DNA of 64,000 nucleotides from Vitrella brassicaformis CCMP3155 (Eukaryota > Protista > Chromerida): the NCBI GenBank assembly GCA_001179505.1, contig CDMY01000290.1, forward strand, positions 1-64,000. Reading direction: 5' to 3'. The position numbers and the translations under genes are program-made. Shown piece by piece: positions 48,101 through 61,600 of this stretch (the first letter of the stretch is position 1; each line of letters starts with the position of its first letter). The notes under the pieces were generated by a model. The model did not search any database. It had not been told where the DNA came from and was given only the letters and a program-made list of their open reading frames with translations.

Positions 48101-49400
48101 TTGACGTGTCTGGTGTACGTCTGCTGACTGACCTTGAAGCCCAGGTATATGCCCGACAGCATGAAGAAGAGTCCGTCACCGAATGTCAGCGGCAGCGGGA
48201 CCAAGACAGAGCAGCACCCCTGTGGCTCAGCTCGGTGCCGCACATCGAAATACCGCACTGCCTCATCCAGTGTCTTGCCCTGGAAGGACATCGGCGGGTG
48301 GGCCGCCTCCACCATCTCCACTCTGCGCCGCAGAATGGCCACCTTCGCAGCATCGACTTGGACCACCGGATCGCCCACAGACTCGCTTGCCAGCTGCTGC
48401 TGCATCTGAGCGTTGTCACTCGCGAGCGTCTCCACGTCCACCATCAGCCGCATCCGCTGCAGCTCCGCACGGTTGTGCCACTCAGACATGGACGCGAAGC
48501 CCATCACGCCCTCCAGCAGCGACCGATGAGAGAAGGTGGTGGCCTGCTTAGCCCCCGTCAGCTGCATGATGGCCGGGCTGTCCAGGTCCACACCCACCGC
48601 GGCCAGCTCTGGGCTGTAGCCTCCCGGTGCGCTGGGTCCCAGCCGAACTCCAGCATCGATGCACACCCACTCCACACCACTGGCCTCCACCTCTGCTAGG
48701 GTGCGTTTGGCCGTCTTGCTCTTGGCGTCAGTGGGTGGTGTCTTGAGGAACCACGCTTCTAAGAAGTCGGGGTAGAGGTGGTCAGTCAGAATGACCTTGA
48801 GCTTGGCGAACTTGATGTTCTCGGCCATCTCGATGAGGCCGTCGCCGTCCTGCGGGTCAACGGGATCGATGATGACCGCGACAAGGCCCTTCGCCTACAC
48901 ACCACACACCACACACACAACCACCACCACATCACACCATCACACACACAGACAGGGACGGTCGCTCGTGGGGCAAGGGTGTGTGGTGGCTCGCTGACCA
49001 GGCAGGCGAGCAAGACGGGGAGGAAGTCGGGCCCAGGCGAGTAGATGAGTCCCACACGGTCACCTGCCTGCAACTTGCGCCCGTCCAACGCCAAAGCCGC
49101 CCTCTTGATCCGCTCCAGCAACTCACCATACGACACCTCGTCGACCAGTTCGTCCGTGTCCGACGCCTTTTCTGTCGAGTCCGCCGAGTCAACGATCCAC
49201 GCGAGTGCCGTGCGGTCGGGGTGCCGTCTGCCCCAATGGTCAGCCACGATGGCATAGAGGCTGCGTGGCCGTGTGGTGGTGTCGGTGTCGGTGTCGGTGG
49301 GTGGTTGGGACGAGTGAGACGGGCGCGATGAGTGTGACGGTGTGGGGGCGGCGGTGGAGGGCTCACTCGTGATGGCGGTCTTGCTCTTGGACTTGGGCAT
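45166..49400 (-). CDS. ANL-superfamily adenylation-domain protein (fatty acyl-AMP ligase-like) with degenerate catalytic motifs and a C-terminal extension
   Basis: HPDRTALAW; SYGELLER; LQAGDRVGLIYSPGPDFLPVLLACL; LVSCGFP...IKIVD; SLAMGYY; YLRTTDIGFMHGGQLFLLG. Confidence 0.8.
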
Positions 49401-49754
49401 CCTGTACGGGTGGGTGACGCACAGGGCCTCGTGTGAGTGGGCACAGGAATGCCCGACACACTATGACAGCACCAACCTGGACAACAGAAGGCAAAAGCGC
49501 ACAGAATGAGAGGCCAGCTGAACATAATTGCATCGTGCATCCGAACCAAGCTGTCCTGCGCCTTCCTTCGCACACGTCCCGCCTGCCTGTGTGTCGCCAG
49601 GTGCCCGGCCCAGCACCTCTGGTGATCCGCCAATCCTCCCGCTACGTCCGTCCAGCGTCGGCAGACCTCTCTGATGCCTCGATGGCGATGGCGTAGTCCT
49701 TCACTGACTCGCGTGTCACGTGGAGACGTTCGCCTGCTGGGACAGGGGCGACCG

Positions 49755-52700
49755 ATGGAGAACCGAAGGGAAGGTGAAACCTTGCTGGCGACGAGTGGCG
49801 GATCACCTGGGCTGCAGGAAGACGCCCAAGGGCGGAGATCTGCAGCCGCGATCGCGAGCTCAGCTCGCAAGGCCCAAAGTTTTCGCATCATCTTCCTGGG
49901 CTTCCTCTCCGTGCAAATCGCATTGATTGGCTTCATTCGCATCGTATTTTCGACAAACTACACTGCAAGAACATCGGGCGGCCCCCCACTCCAATCGAAG
50001 CGACAACAGAGGAAACAGCTCCCCCCGACTGCTTCTCTCCCTCCCGTCTTCGGCTCTCGGAGCGTCAGCACCATGAGCTTTCAGTTCGGGCCGCTGAATT
50101 ACCTTGTGGGAGTGGTGGGACTGGCGCTCTCGTGCACCTGGTGCTTTGCAATGCTGGGCGGCTTCACCTGCCTCCAGCTGCCCTACGGATGTAAGCAGCG
50201 CACACGGAGACGGACAGACACAGTCTCCCCTTTTGCACAGGCCCCACCGTCATTTTCATGGGCACGAGCGACGTGTATGTCGCGGCCGGGTACGCGGCCT
50301 TCGTGGTCTTTGGGCTGCCGTGGATGATCCAGATCGGGATCGGCTTCCTCTGGCCCATGGGAGTGCTCTGGCCCTCCAAAATCACTCGGGAGCAGGACGG
50401 CGAACTGCGGAAGATCACCATCTGCTTCCGCGTCGTCACCCGAGGTGACAGCAGGGAACTCGTGAGGTGAGTGGACAGGGGAGGGTTCCAGCAGGAGGAC
50501 CGTTGTAAGATGACATCGTGTCTCCGCATCTGTCAGGCAAATCTGCCAGACCAACAAGCGGCTTCTGATGAGCCTATCGCAAGAAGACAAGCTACGGACC
50601 AGATGGCGAATCGAGGTCACACAAAGACAGACAGACAGACAGTCAGTCAGAGACACACACCCGAGACCCCCTCTCCTCACGCCTCTCCCGTCCTCCCCTT
50701 TCTGCAGGTGGTAACGGATAAGCCGATAGGCATCCGTGAGGTGCTGCAGGACTACACCAACATCCGTGAGATCGTGGTGCCGACTGAGTTCAAGAGCGCC
50801 CACAACACCAAGTACAAGGCCCGTGCTCTCCACTACGCCAACGAGGCGTCTGACTTGGGCCCCAACGACTGGATCGTCCACCTAGACGAGGAGACGCTGC
50901 TCGCGGAGTCGAGCGTCATAGGCATCATCAGACATGTCAACGAACACACCTTCCTGGATGCCCACAAGAAACGCATCGGACAGGTCCGTCACTGGGCTGC
51001 AGGGACGGTCGGCCGAGCAGCATCTAGGCTGGTCTGTGCGTGTGTGTGTGTGTGTGTATATATATGTGTGCAGGGTGTGATAGTGTACGGTCACGATGAC
51101 ATCATCAACCTTCCTGTGACGATGGCCGACTCGATCCGCGTGTCGGACGACTACTGCCGCTTCAGGATGTTCTTCACCCTCGGATACCCTCTTCAGGGCA
51201 TGAAAGGCACGCGACAACCACCCACTGGACACCACACCACACCACACCACCTGTACACCCCCATATGTCTTGTTGTGTCTCTCATTCAGGTTCGTTTGTG
51301 GTGGTGCCGGTTGACGTCGAGAAGGACGTGTCGTTTGACCTCGGTCCCGAGGGCTCCATCACCGAGGACGCCGTCTTCGCTCTCAAGGCCATGCAGAAGG
51401 GATACAAATTCGCATTCATCTCGGTACGGACCCTGACACAATACACACACACACACGTCTGGAGATGTCTGTGTGGGTGCTGCAGGGCGTGATGCGCGAG
51501 AAGAGTCCGTTCACGTTTCTGGATTTCCTGAAGCAGCGCCGCCGCTGGATCCAGGGGCTCTGGCTCACTGTCCTCCGCAAGGACCTCTCCGCCAGGAACC
51601 GCATCCGTACGCACACTCACACACACACACACACACATCGATGCCACCGCACGCCTCCCATCGATGTGGCTGGGCTGTCTGTGCTTCAGTCCTGTTCATC
51701 ATGATGGTGAACTGGTCTTTGATGCCGATCATCCAGCTGGGCGGCTACCTGCTGGTCCTCTTCACCCGACAGCACACCATGATCTACATCACCATCAGAA
51801 CCATCACACTCGTACGACTGACTGACTGGACTGCCGGCCTTCTCTCCGTCCAGCACACACACTCTCCTCTCACACGTGTCTCTGTCTCTCTGTCTCTCTG
51901 TCGATTGATTGGCAGGGCATTGCTCTTTGGGTGTATGCATTTGGAGCCATACACAACTTCGACCCCAAGCGTCACGGCTGGATCTTCTACATCGGTGCTG
52001 TCCTTGCTACCTCTTTCTTCGCCTGGTACTTTGCCTTCCTCGAATGCCTCGGTCGGTGAGAAAGGCAAAGGCTGCCAACTCACGGAGACACCACACACAC
52101 ACAAACACAGAGAGGCAGAAACCACAGCCACATAAATACTCTCTGCCTTTTTGTGTGTGCAGCCTCTGTGTGGGCCACGCCGAGCTTCCTCTGGGAGCGC
52201 ACTTTCGGCTTCCACGTCGTCAAGAAAGGTGAGTGCACTGCGAAGAGGCAATCGGTCTCGTTGGCGAGACACACACATATATGTGTTTCTTGGTGTCGGT
52301 GGCTGCGCTCAGAGTACAAAGGCATGGGCGCCAGCCACGTGTCGGGCACCTTCGGCACGCCTGCCTCCACCCGCACCGACGACCAAGTGCCAGTGCCCCT
52401 CGAAGTCCTCACCGAATCGTCCGCCAGAGACAACAACTACAACAACCACAACGAACCCACCATCCACACGGCCAACAAACCACTCAACGGTAAGCAAGCA
52501 TGGCCAGCCATGAAAGCCTGCGTGTTAGACACACGCACGCCCTCGATGCGTCCATGTCTTTGTACAGGAGGGAGTGGTCCGATTCACCACAAGAGGACGA
52601 CCAGCACGGCAGACCTCCCCAGTGGCGGCCTCTCCATGGGCCGCGGAAACAACGGCACCGAACTCTCAGGCTTCCGCCCCAAAATCGCATCGGTGAGACA

Positions 52701-53048
52701 TTGAGGCAGGGAAGAAGGGAGGGACGACAGACAGACAGACAGACTTAAGGGGGATCCTCGTGACGTGTGTGTGTGTGTTCGTGTGTTCTGGTCTTCCTGC
52801 AGTACATCCAGCTGAACCAGAATGAGCATGAGGTGCCGGAGCAGATTGACATCGAGATGGGCCGCGTGCCCAAACAGCAGAAGATGCCCACCGGCGCCAA
52901 CAACATCGACAGCAACAACAACTACCACTGCAGTGTCAACGACGTGGAGATGGGCCTGCTGGCCGAAGACAACACCATGACAACGCAAGTGATGACCAGG
53001 AAGAAGGGCAGGCGCTGGCTGCGGCTGCCCTGGGGCAACAAACGATAG
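49755..53048 (+). CDS. egh: GT2 beta-1,4-mannosyltransferase, egghead/bre-3-like
   Basis: ICFRVVTRGD; VVTDKP; IREIVVPTEF; KARALHY; DWIVHLDEETLL; MADSIRVSDD; KG|SFVV; VSFDLGPEGSITED; EKSPFTFLDFLKQRRRWIQG. Order and spacing match insect Egh as I recall it. Confidence 0.88.
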
Positions 53049-53431
53049 ACAGCTTCACCATCCATCCGCTTCAGGCAGGCTCACATTCATCCAATCAATA
53101 GATACATACATACAGGTCCGACGTCTGAGACATCAATGATGGATGCATGCATTGACCATGCTTTGTGTGCGTGCGTGCGTGCATGGGCCGAGAGGGGGCA
53201 AGACGGAGGCAATGTCAACTCATGGACAGACAACATGACATGCAGTGTCTGTCCATTCGATGCACACACACAGGGAGGGTGGCGATGCAAAACTAGCCGC
53301 TACACATACATACATACATACAGATGTGTGTGTGGGTATATATCTACACTTGCCCCCTCTGCTACCCACATCCCTCCATGCGCACACCACACGGGCGCCC
53401 GCCAATGAATGCATGCATTGTACTTGATTGA

Positions 53432-55504
53432 TCACGGTCTGGCCTTGGGCGCCGCCTGCGGACCCCCTGGACCGCCTCCCTGTTGCTTCGCCGGGGCAGC
53501 CAGACACAGTCGGGCCAGCAGACCACTGCATATGTATGCACACCAATGAAGAGTGGGAAGAGAACGGTCGGGTGCCTGTGTCGATCTCGTGTGTGATGTT
53601 CCCTCCCCGCCTGCTGACTGACACACCCGATCTGTACGAGGCTCGACACACCATCAGCGAAGCGCATGTGGGTAATGCCAACGGTCTGAATCAGCAACAG
53701 GCTGGACGATGAGCGGCATCCCTCCCTCCCTCCCTCCCTCTGGCGTGCGTGTTTGGCGTGCGTACCTTCAGGTATTCCAGTCGTGTTTGCTCGTTCATGT
53801 CATGGGTCTTGAGCACGCGGAACATCGTCGCTGAAGGCGCATCGCGTGCGTGGCAAGGGGGTAGACAGGGGGAGGGAGGCGGGTGGGTACTTATGTGTCA
53901 GCCATGTTTGCTGTTTACCTACCGATGATGTCGATGCCGGCATAGCCCGCACGCCACATGCCCTCCAGTATCTTGTAAGCCTATAGACACACAGCACACA
54001 GCACACAGCGCTCTGGTGATCAGTGTGTGTGGTCGATCTATCTATCGTGGCTGGCTGGCCCCCACCCCACTTGACTACCGACCGTATCCCAGTCTCTCTC
54101 CGTGCATGCGTCGATGGCGTCCTTTATCCGCTGCGGATGGGGCTGGTCACACACCTGCGTGTACCATGCAAAGGGCAGTTAGGGTAGAAGTGTAGCAGTG
54201 CCCATGGCATGGATGTGATGTTGTGTGCTGTCGGCCGACTGACTGACCTTGAACACGTTCTCATTGTTGACCATGGAGAAGCCCGACCAGGTCGATTGCA
54301 GGTTGTTGATCGCCTGTTAAATCGCACCGACACAACGAACAACACACACGCATCCACGGACGAACTGTTGACAGCTTGGTCCACGCTGCATAGGCATGCA
54401 GACATACAGACATACGCACGTACATTTCGCATATCTCCTTCGGCCGAGAAGACCAGGGCCTCCAAACCGCTGTCCACATAGTCAACCTGACACACAGACA
54501 GACAGACAGACAGACACACAGACAGGGATCAACACACACAGGTAGAAGTACGGCACCAATGAGCGTCCACCCACTTTACCTTCTCCTCCTCAATGATGTG
54601 CTTAAGCCGCGCAGTCACCTACACACACCGAAGCACAACATTCATTGCAATGAATGATGATAGCATCCACAGTCCACCTCCCATCCCTCGGCGTCCCCAC
54701 TTGTTTGTCGCTGAGTCTTGTGAATCTGAGTACGGCACATCGGCTCTGTATGGGTTCGATGATCTTGGTCGACGCGTTGCACGCCAGCGCGAACCGGGTG
54801 GTGCTCGAATGCAGCTCCATCGTACGACGCAACGCCTGACCGAGAGAGACGAGAGAGGGGAAAGCATGCATTTCCACCCGATCCAGCAGCACCATCTCTC
54901 GCCGTGTGTTGTGCTCCCCCCTGTGTGTGGGTGCCGTGCAGTGCACACCTGTTGGGCATTTTCTGTGAGTGCGTCGGCCTCGTCCATGATGACTATCTTG
55001 TGCCGGCCGGAGGGCAGTATCATCTTCTGAGTGGCGAACATCTTGATCTTGTTGCGAACCACATCTATACCTCTGCACACACACACACGCACACACTTGT
55101 CTTTTGAGGAGCTTCCAGTGAGTGCGGAGCTGCCTGTCGTCAGATGCGTTGAGCTCGAGTACGGCTGTCTTGGCGGCATCTCCCAGCAGCGTGTTGGCAA
55201 GGCACAGCACGCTGGTGGTCTTGCCGGTGCCCGGAGGACCCTGAAATACACATCACATCATGCGCATAATCAACACAGACATTGGCAGATCTGTCAAGAT
55301 GCGGCCGTGCATTCACTCCGCCGACTCATTCTGCCTTCCCCATTCGTCGCACAGACCCCTTCCATGTCTTGGGCGTACCGCGAGTATGAGGTTTGGCATG
55401 CTTCCATCTCTGGCGATGGCTCTGAGGCGCTCGACGGCCGCCTCGTTGCCTACGACATCTATGAGCTCACGAGGACGGTACTTCTCCACCCACGGCTGGG
55501 TCAT
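53432..55504 (-). CDS. RFC2: Replication factor C subunit 2 (RFC40; yeast Rfc4 orthologue)
   Basis: PWVEKYRP; MPNLILA|[10 protein letters not shown]; LELNASDDR|[13 protein letters not shown]; KIVIMDEAD; ALRRTME; RFALACN; IEPIQSRC; GDMRN. Confidence 0.93.
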
Positions 55505-55665
55505 TTTACTGCGTTGACACTGATGAAGCTCGCAATGCGAGCCTGTGGGCGTCTCGCCCACTTCTGCCCCCCCAGTTCCCGGATGCCTTGTCTGCGTGTT
55601 TCTGAGCTGTATGTGTCACTGTACTGACAGCTGGTGATCTTCTCCTCCTCGTGGCTCAGTTCACC

Positions 55666-58600
55666 ATGTGGCAGTACCCGAGTAACTGTTTGAGGCTGCG
55701 TCGGGTCTGCTGCCAAGATCAGCCACGGCAGCTGGCCCTTCAAGACGCCGCCAGGAGTCCGCATGCAGCGCCGGCGGCAGCCGCTGTGGAAGACTTCAAG
55801 TCGCTCCTCCGCCACGCCACGGTTGATACATTTGAGGAGGCTGGGGAAGCCAACCATCGGCTGAGGAGCAAGGTGCAGTATCTTGAGAGGCGGCTCAAGG
55901 CACTGCAGGGCGGCATCCGGGATTTTGCCAGCAGAGAGGACAAAAGCGCTCAGATGTAAGTACGTATGGCTTGGAATGCATATGTGCGTGTGTGGATGGA
56001 TGGATGGATGGATGACACTGTCCCCCTGCAGGCTGAATAGAATGAAGGCGGAGATCGGTCAGTTGCACCATGACCGTGCCCTGCTCATGGACCAGGCTGG
56101 TGCGCGGCAGACTCTGCAGTCTGAGCTCGACTACTGGTTCAATGAGTGCAAGGCTCTCAAGCAGGAGCGAAACTTCCTCGCAGACCAGCTGCAGATCAAG
56201 GCATGCATACGCGCATCCAGATCATCCGGTCATGCATGTCGTTGACTTGGTTGCAGCTTGATGGCCGCGAGCTGCGGGACTGGGTGGAGGAAAGAGACGA
56301 ACTGAGAGGCAGGCTGCAAGTGAGTCAAAGAGGCACGCACACTCAGCCAATGGCGAATATGTATGTGCGTGTTCTTTCGTGCAGCATGCGCTCGACTGGA
56401 TTGGGAGGCTCTCGACAGAGGTTGATATCATCTCTGCTGACCCATTGATCAGTCTACAGTCTTCAAGACTCCCGCGCCCAGCAGCCCTTTCCCCATATGC
56501 TGACCTGCAAGAAGAGGATGAGGAAGACAGCACGGCTGAGAGGGAGGGCGTTCCTGAGGCAGCACAAGAGACCACCCCCACAGAAGGGCAACAACCGGTC
56601 GGCGAAGTCCAGGAGACCCTCGCTGCTGCTGCTGATGCTGCTGGTGACGAGGAATCGCCCCCCGGTGTCTCTGCCAGGACGCCAGCGGAAGAAAAAACGG
56701 CAGAGACACAGCCGCGAGAGGATACAAGGCCGACAAGGCGGGCTCCCCCCACTGAGAGGCGCGCAGCCGACTCCCGTGCAGCTGTTGCGACGGACCGCAC
56801 ACCGACTGACGCCATCGGTAAGCCCGTGTGTGAACAGAGAGTGAATCCCATGTGTAGTGGTTCGTGTTGGGTGCATGTGTCCATGCCCATGTAGGTGTGT
56901 CTCTGACTGTCCGCCGTGTCAACGAGTGCATCCGTCAGTGTCATCAGCAGATGTCTGTCGCCCACGAGAGCGCCAGGAAGGTCAAGGGGTTTCTCTTCAA
57001 GCTGTTCGCATGGATCGTTTTCACGCTGCTTGGCAAGAGAAGGCAGCAGGTGATGAAGTGGGGTCTGCGGAGGCTGAGAGACAACAACAGGGCCAAGGGT
57101 GTCGAGGAGGACATCCAGATTCTAGAAAGGGCTAACAGGTCAGAAGGAGGCCCGTGCATCTGGGTGGGTGTCAGCTAGACTCTGTCTGTCCGGGCGATGT
57201 CCCCCTTCAGGAAGCAAGAGATGTCTCGGCGGACGACCATCGTCGCTATCAGGCGCACAAATCAAGCTATGGGCGCCCACTTCAAAGCATGGAGGGTGAG
57301 TAAGGCTGTGACGGGGCATGCCGTATTGATGCACCCCTTCGTGGCCTTTTAGGCGTTGCTCGAAGGGAAAAGATACGCCAGAGCCGCCGTGTGTCGACTG
57401 GTTGCCGTCCTGTATGCCATCCAACGAGCCTTCCTGCAGGCCAGCTGGCAGCAGTGGGTTGGCGGTGAGCTACGGACGGCCTGGAGGGAGAGGGGCAGTC
57501 TTAGAAGCCGCTTCAAACGACTCGCACACGTACACATAGCTGGCAAAAGAAAGCTATGGCCACCTATCCCCCGTGTGTCATTTATTGTCCCTTGCATCTA
57601 CTTGTCCAGCTGCGGCTCGGCCACTTCCTGTCCGCTATTGATTCGTCCCCCGATCCTCTGGCTCAATCCGTCTTCGACACTTGGCGGGCCTTTGTGAGCG
57701 AGCAGCAAGCCATGAGGGCGTCGCTGGGCCATCTGCACAGGCAGGACTCACTCACACACATCGATCCTACCCACCTGTGCCCAGTGTCTGGGATGGGCTG
57801 AACTGCTCATGCTTTGTTTTGATCAGGCTTTGGAGAACTCTGTGCTCTGGCCTGGCGAGGCGTGCGCTAAATGTGTGGAGGCGGAGCACAGTGAACAGAC
57901 GCTTCGTTGACGCACGAAGGGAGGAGGCCAGCAAGACCAGAGAGGTTCAACGCACAAGAGCCGCCCGGGACATGCTGAGCATCGCGTCCCGATACCACAG
58001 AGAGGTGAGTCATCGAGGGGAGACATATTGGAGTCTTTGAACAAGATCACACGCACCGCTGCGTGTCGCAGCATGATGGCCATCTCTTGAGGAGTTGTTT
58101 CACGTCGTGGTTACGCCTTGCTCGTCTCTCCCATGACAAGTCCCACGGGTGTGTCGGCTTGGCCAGATCGATAGGCAGGCTGGCCCTCCAAAAGGTACGA
58201 TGTGCCTTTTTGCGATGGAAAAACTGCCTGGACGCCGACATCCTGCGGAGACACGCACTGATTCGCCTCGCGAGGTAACTGCCTGCACAAACATGGAAGC
58301 AAGGCGCCCATGCTTTTCTTTCCATTCGACAGGGCCTGGAGGCAGCACACTCGTGTGTTGACACTTCGTGCTTTCCATCTGCTGAGGCAGCACCGGGTGG
58401 AGATCGCCGGCCACTCCTGGCTGCAGCAAATGCGCCAGGAGACGGCCATGATGGTGGGTGGCGGCGCAATGGGAGGTGGCCTTGTCAGCTACGGAGTCGG
58501 AGTCAGTCAGCCAGCAGTGGCGGGCCAGCCATTCCGGCCTCCGACCGCCTTGCTGGGCGGCAGTCCACCGGTGACTCATCCCCTCTCAGCGCATCCTCCT

Positions 58601-61600
58601 CCCGCTGCGGTTCGACCGTCGACGACTGCAACTCTCGTCCGATTTGTCGCCTGCTGGGCCCCCCAGGATGACTCGAGAGTGCTCGCAATGGCCTTCCAAG
58701 CTTGGCGTGCATACATTGGCCACTTCCGTGCTGCAAAGAGGGCCGCCCACCGCATCGCAGGGATTATTCACCGCAGCTGGCTGACGGCGCTGTCTCGGGC
58801 ACTCCAATCGATGAAGGCGTCGGTCGTCCGGGTAGTGGCAAAGCGGTCAGTGGAGGAGAGCGCCTTCTCTCGGCTGTCCCGTCTGCTGCATCACGTCCGG
58901 CGGAGGCAGATGCAAGATGCGTGGCGACTGGTGGAGAAACGTGTCACGGCAGAGACTCACAATCATGTAAGTGATCGATCAAACACAGCGCTCCAGACAC
59001 ACATATATGCTTGTATCTCCACGTGCAGGTTTGGAGAGAGTTGAGGCGGCGGTCGCAGGCGTATGCGGCCCGATCGATGAGCGTTGTATTGGACCAGGTG
59101 GCCGTCGGTGTGGAGACTGACCTGCTCAAGGCCTGCCTCAGCGGCTGGAGGAAGATCAAGAACGCCGCCAGAAGGCAACGCGAAGCAGTCACGCGCCTCG
59201 AGAGGTCCGACAGGACACAAAAGCAACGGAAAGCCGATCATCTTGTCCATGTTGCTACGACAGGTCTTTGCATCGCGTGCGACGGGGCGCCCTGTCCTTA
59301 TCGTGGCTGCTGTTGCGTGAACGAGACATCGCAGCCAGGGAGCGATCGCAGTCCGTCGCCACCATCGCACAAACCTGCCGCACGTCTGGCGAGCGGCTGC
59401 TGTGCATGAGCATCTTCGGACACGTCGACCAGGCAGTCAGGAGCGCTGTCGAGAGTGCCTTCCATAGGTGGTGCGAGGCAACCTCCCTGCAGAAGCGACG
59501 CGCCAATGCCACACATTGGTTCGAGATGCGACTGAAGAGGATTCAGCGGCGGCTCCTGCGAGATGCTCTCCACAAGCTCACATCACACAGAGACACCGCC
59601 AAGACAAAGGAGGTACATAAGCCGCAACACAGCGTGATGCAAAGCAGGCTTCAAACATCCATTCTCTATTGCATTGCCAGGTGGTGCAACGCGAGCGCGC
59701 CACGAGGAAGTCTCTCGGTGCCATGCGGCTGTGCAACTCAATCTCTGGCTGGGCGTCCACACGTGACAGGCTTCTTTCCTCACAAATCTTTGCAGCTTGG
59801 CGTCGGTTCGTGTCGACTGAGCAGCTGAGGAGACAAGGGATGAGGCAGCTCGCCATGTGAGAAGATACTTTGATTATGCGGATGTTATATCCCGTCTGTT
59901 TGTCTGAATATTTCCTCTTCAGCGTGTGCGGCGACGTCGCCTACCAGCTCGAGCAAGAGGCGGTGAGCGCGTGGCGGCGGTATTGCCATCTGCAGCTTCG
60001 TCGGATCAGCATTGAGCAGCTGCAGCGGTCGGCATCGCTGAACATGCTGCGAATGTTGGCCACCTGGAGTTCCAATTCCGAGACAAACCTGCTCCGACAG
60101 ATTTGTCTGTCCTGGCGCAAGTCTGTCAGGGCGGCAACAGCCAAGAGGAAGGGCCTCGTGCGCATCGCAAAGTGAGATCAGATGCGAAGAGGACGACTGT
60201 GTTCTCAACAATGCGGCACCTTTTCTGTAGGTGGGTGAAGCGACTTGTGTTGACACGCACATCAGGGGCGCTGCAGCAGCTGAGGGAAAGCATGGCTGTC
60301 CGCCAAGCAATGGAACAGGTAAGCACCAAACAAATGGCCTGTCTATGCAATCTCATGCATCTGCTTTTCAGGCTGAAGGCGTCATGGATCTTGCGCAAGC
60401 GAGGCGTCATGGCCAGCCTTTCATGTCAGCGTGGCGAAGGTGGACCCTCCAGAGCCGCGACAAGAAGCAGTGCCTCCACCGCACACACTCATTGCTCCTG
60501 CTGGCCGTCCATCGGCAGTGCCGAGCAGCCTTCCACAGACTCAGAGACAACCTCATGCACCGGGTAGAAAAGCATCACATTGGCTCTCTTTTTCTTGCAT
60601 CTCTCTCTTGTCTCACCCTCCAGGCCGTGGCAGCATCCCATGACCGGCGCCAGAGGGCTGGGGCGGCGATGGCTGTCCGCGCTATGGCTGATGCCGTCAG
60701 GCGAGACCATGTGCAGAGAGAACGGACGGCATTTCAACACTGGACTGCATATCTAGCGCAACGGCGGCAGTTCAGAGCTGCAGCTCAGGCCATCTCCAGG
60801 TATGCTGCCAGTCAGTCAGTCGATCACGCAGCACAGCAGAACTCTCTTGCTTCGGAAGCTCATGCTCCCATCTTGTTGCAGGGCGGTTTCTCGCTTGCAC
60901 CTGTGGCAGCAGGCAAATGCCTTCCACCTGCTACAATGCCAAGCCTCCTCCATCGCTCCCCCCGAGACGGAGAGTGCCCAACTCACTGCAGCCCGGCTGC
61001 TGTCTGCTGCTCTCGGGCGGGCCGCGTGGCGACTCGGTGTGGTGGCCGCCTTCTCCAGATGGAGGCAGCGGGAGGTCCTCATGAGCCGCCGGCAGTCGCA
61101 GCACCGCGCAGCCACGACAAACTTCCGCCGGATGCTCACAAATATCGACCACGAAGAAGTGAGAGAGACCCTGCGACGGGCCTTCAACGCCTGGCGACGG
61201 TGGCGGGTTGAGGCGAGGCTGCACAAGGGGCTTGTGTGCTGGATGAGAAGCATGGACAACAGGTTGCGGTCGGCAGGGATGAGGGATGCATTATCGAAGC
61301 TCGCGCTCCATTCCTCCGTGAGCGTCCTTGCAGTGGATGCAGCGATCGACCGGAGGAGACTGGTGGGGCTTCACCTTTCCGGGCTGCTCGCTGCCTGGAT
61401 GAGAAGGGTACGACACGAACGGAAGACTGAGCCCTTTGTACCTGGTGTCTCCGTTGTGCGTGGTTATATAGGTCTCAGGGCAGAGTGCCCGAGCTTGCCT
61501 GAGGCGTTTGGCTCTTCATTCACAGAGGTGTGGGCGGAGACAGGCAGCGGCCAGGTCGCTGGTGGATTGCATGCAGGCCCTCTCAGTGGCTGCCCAGCGA

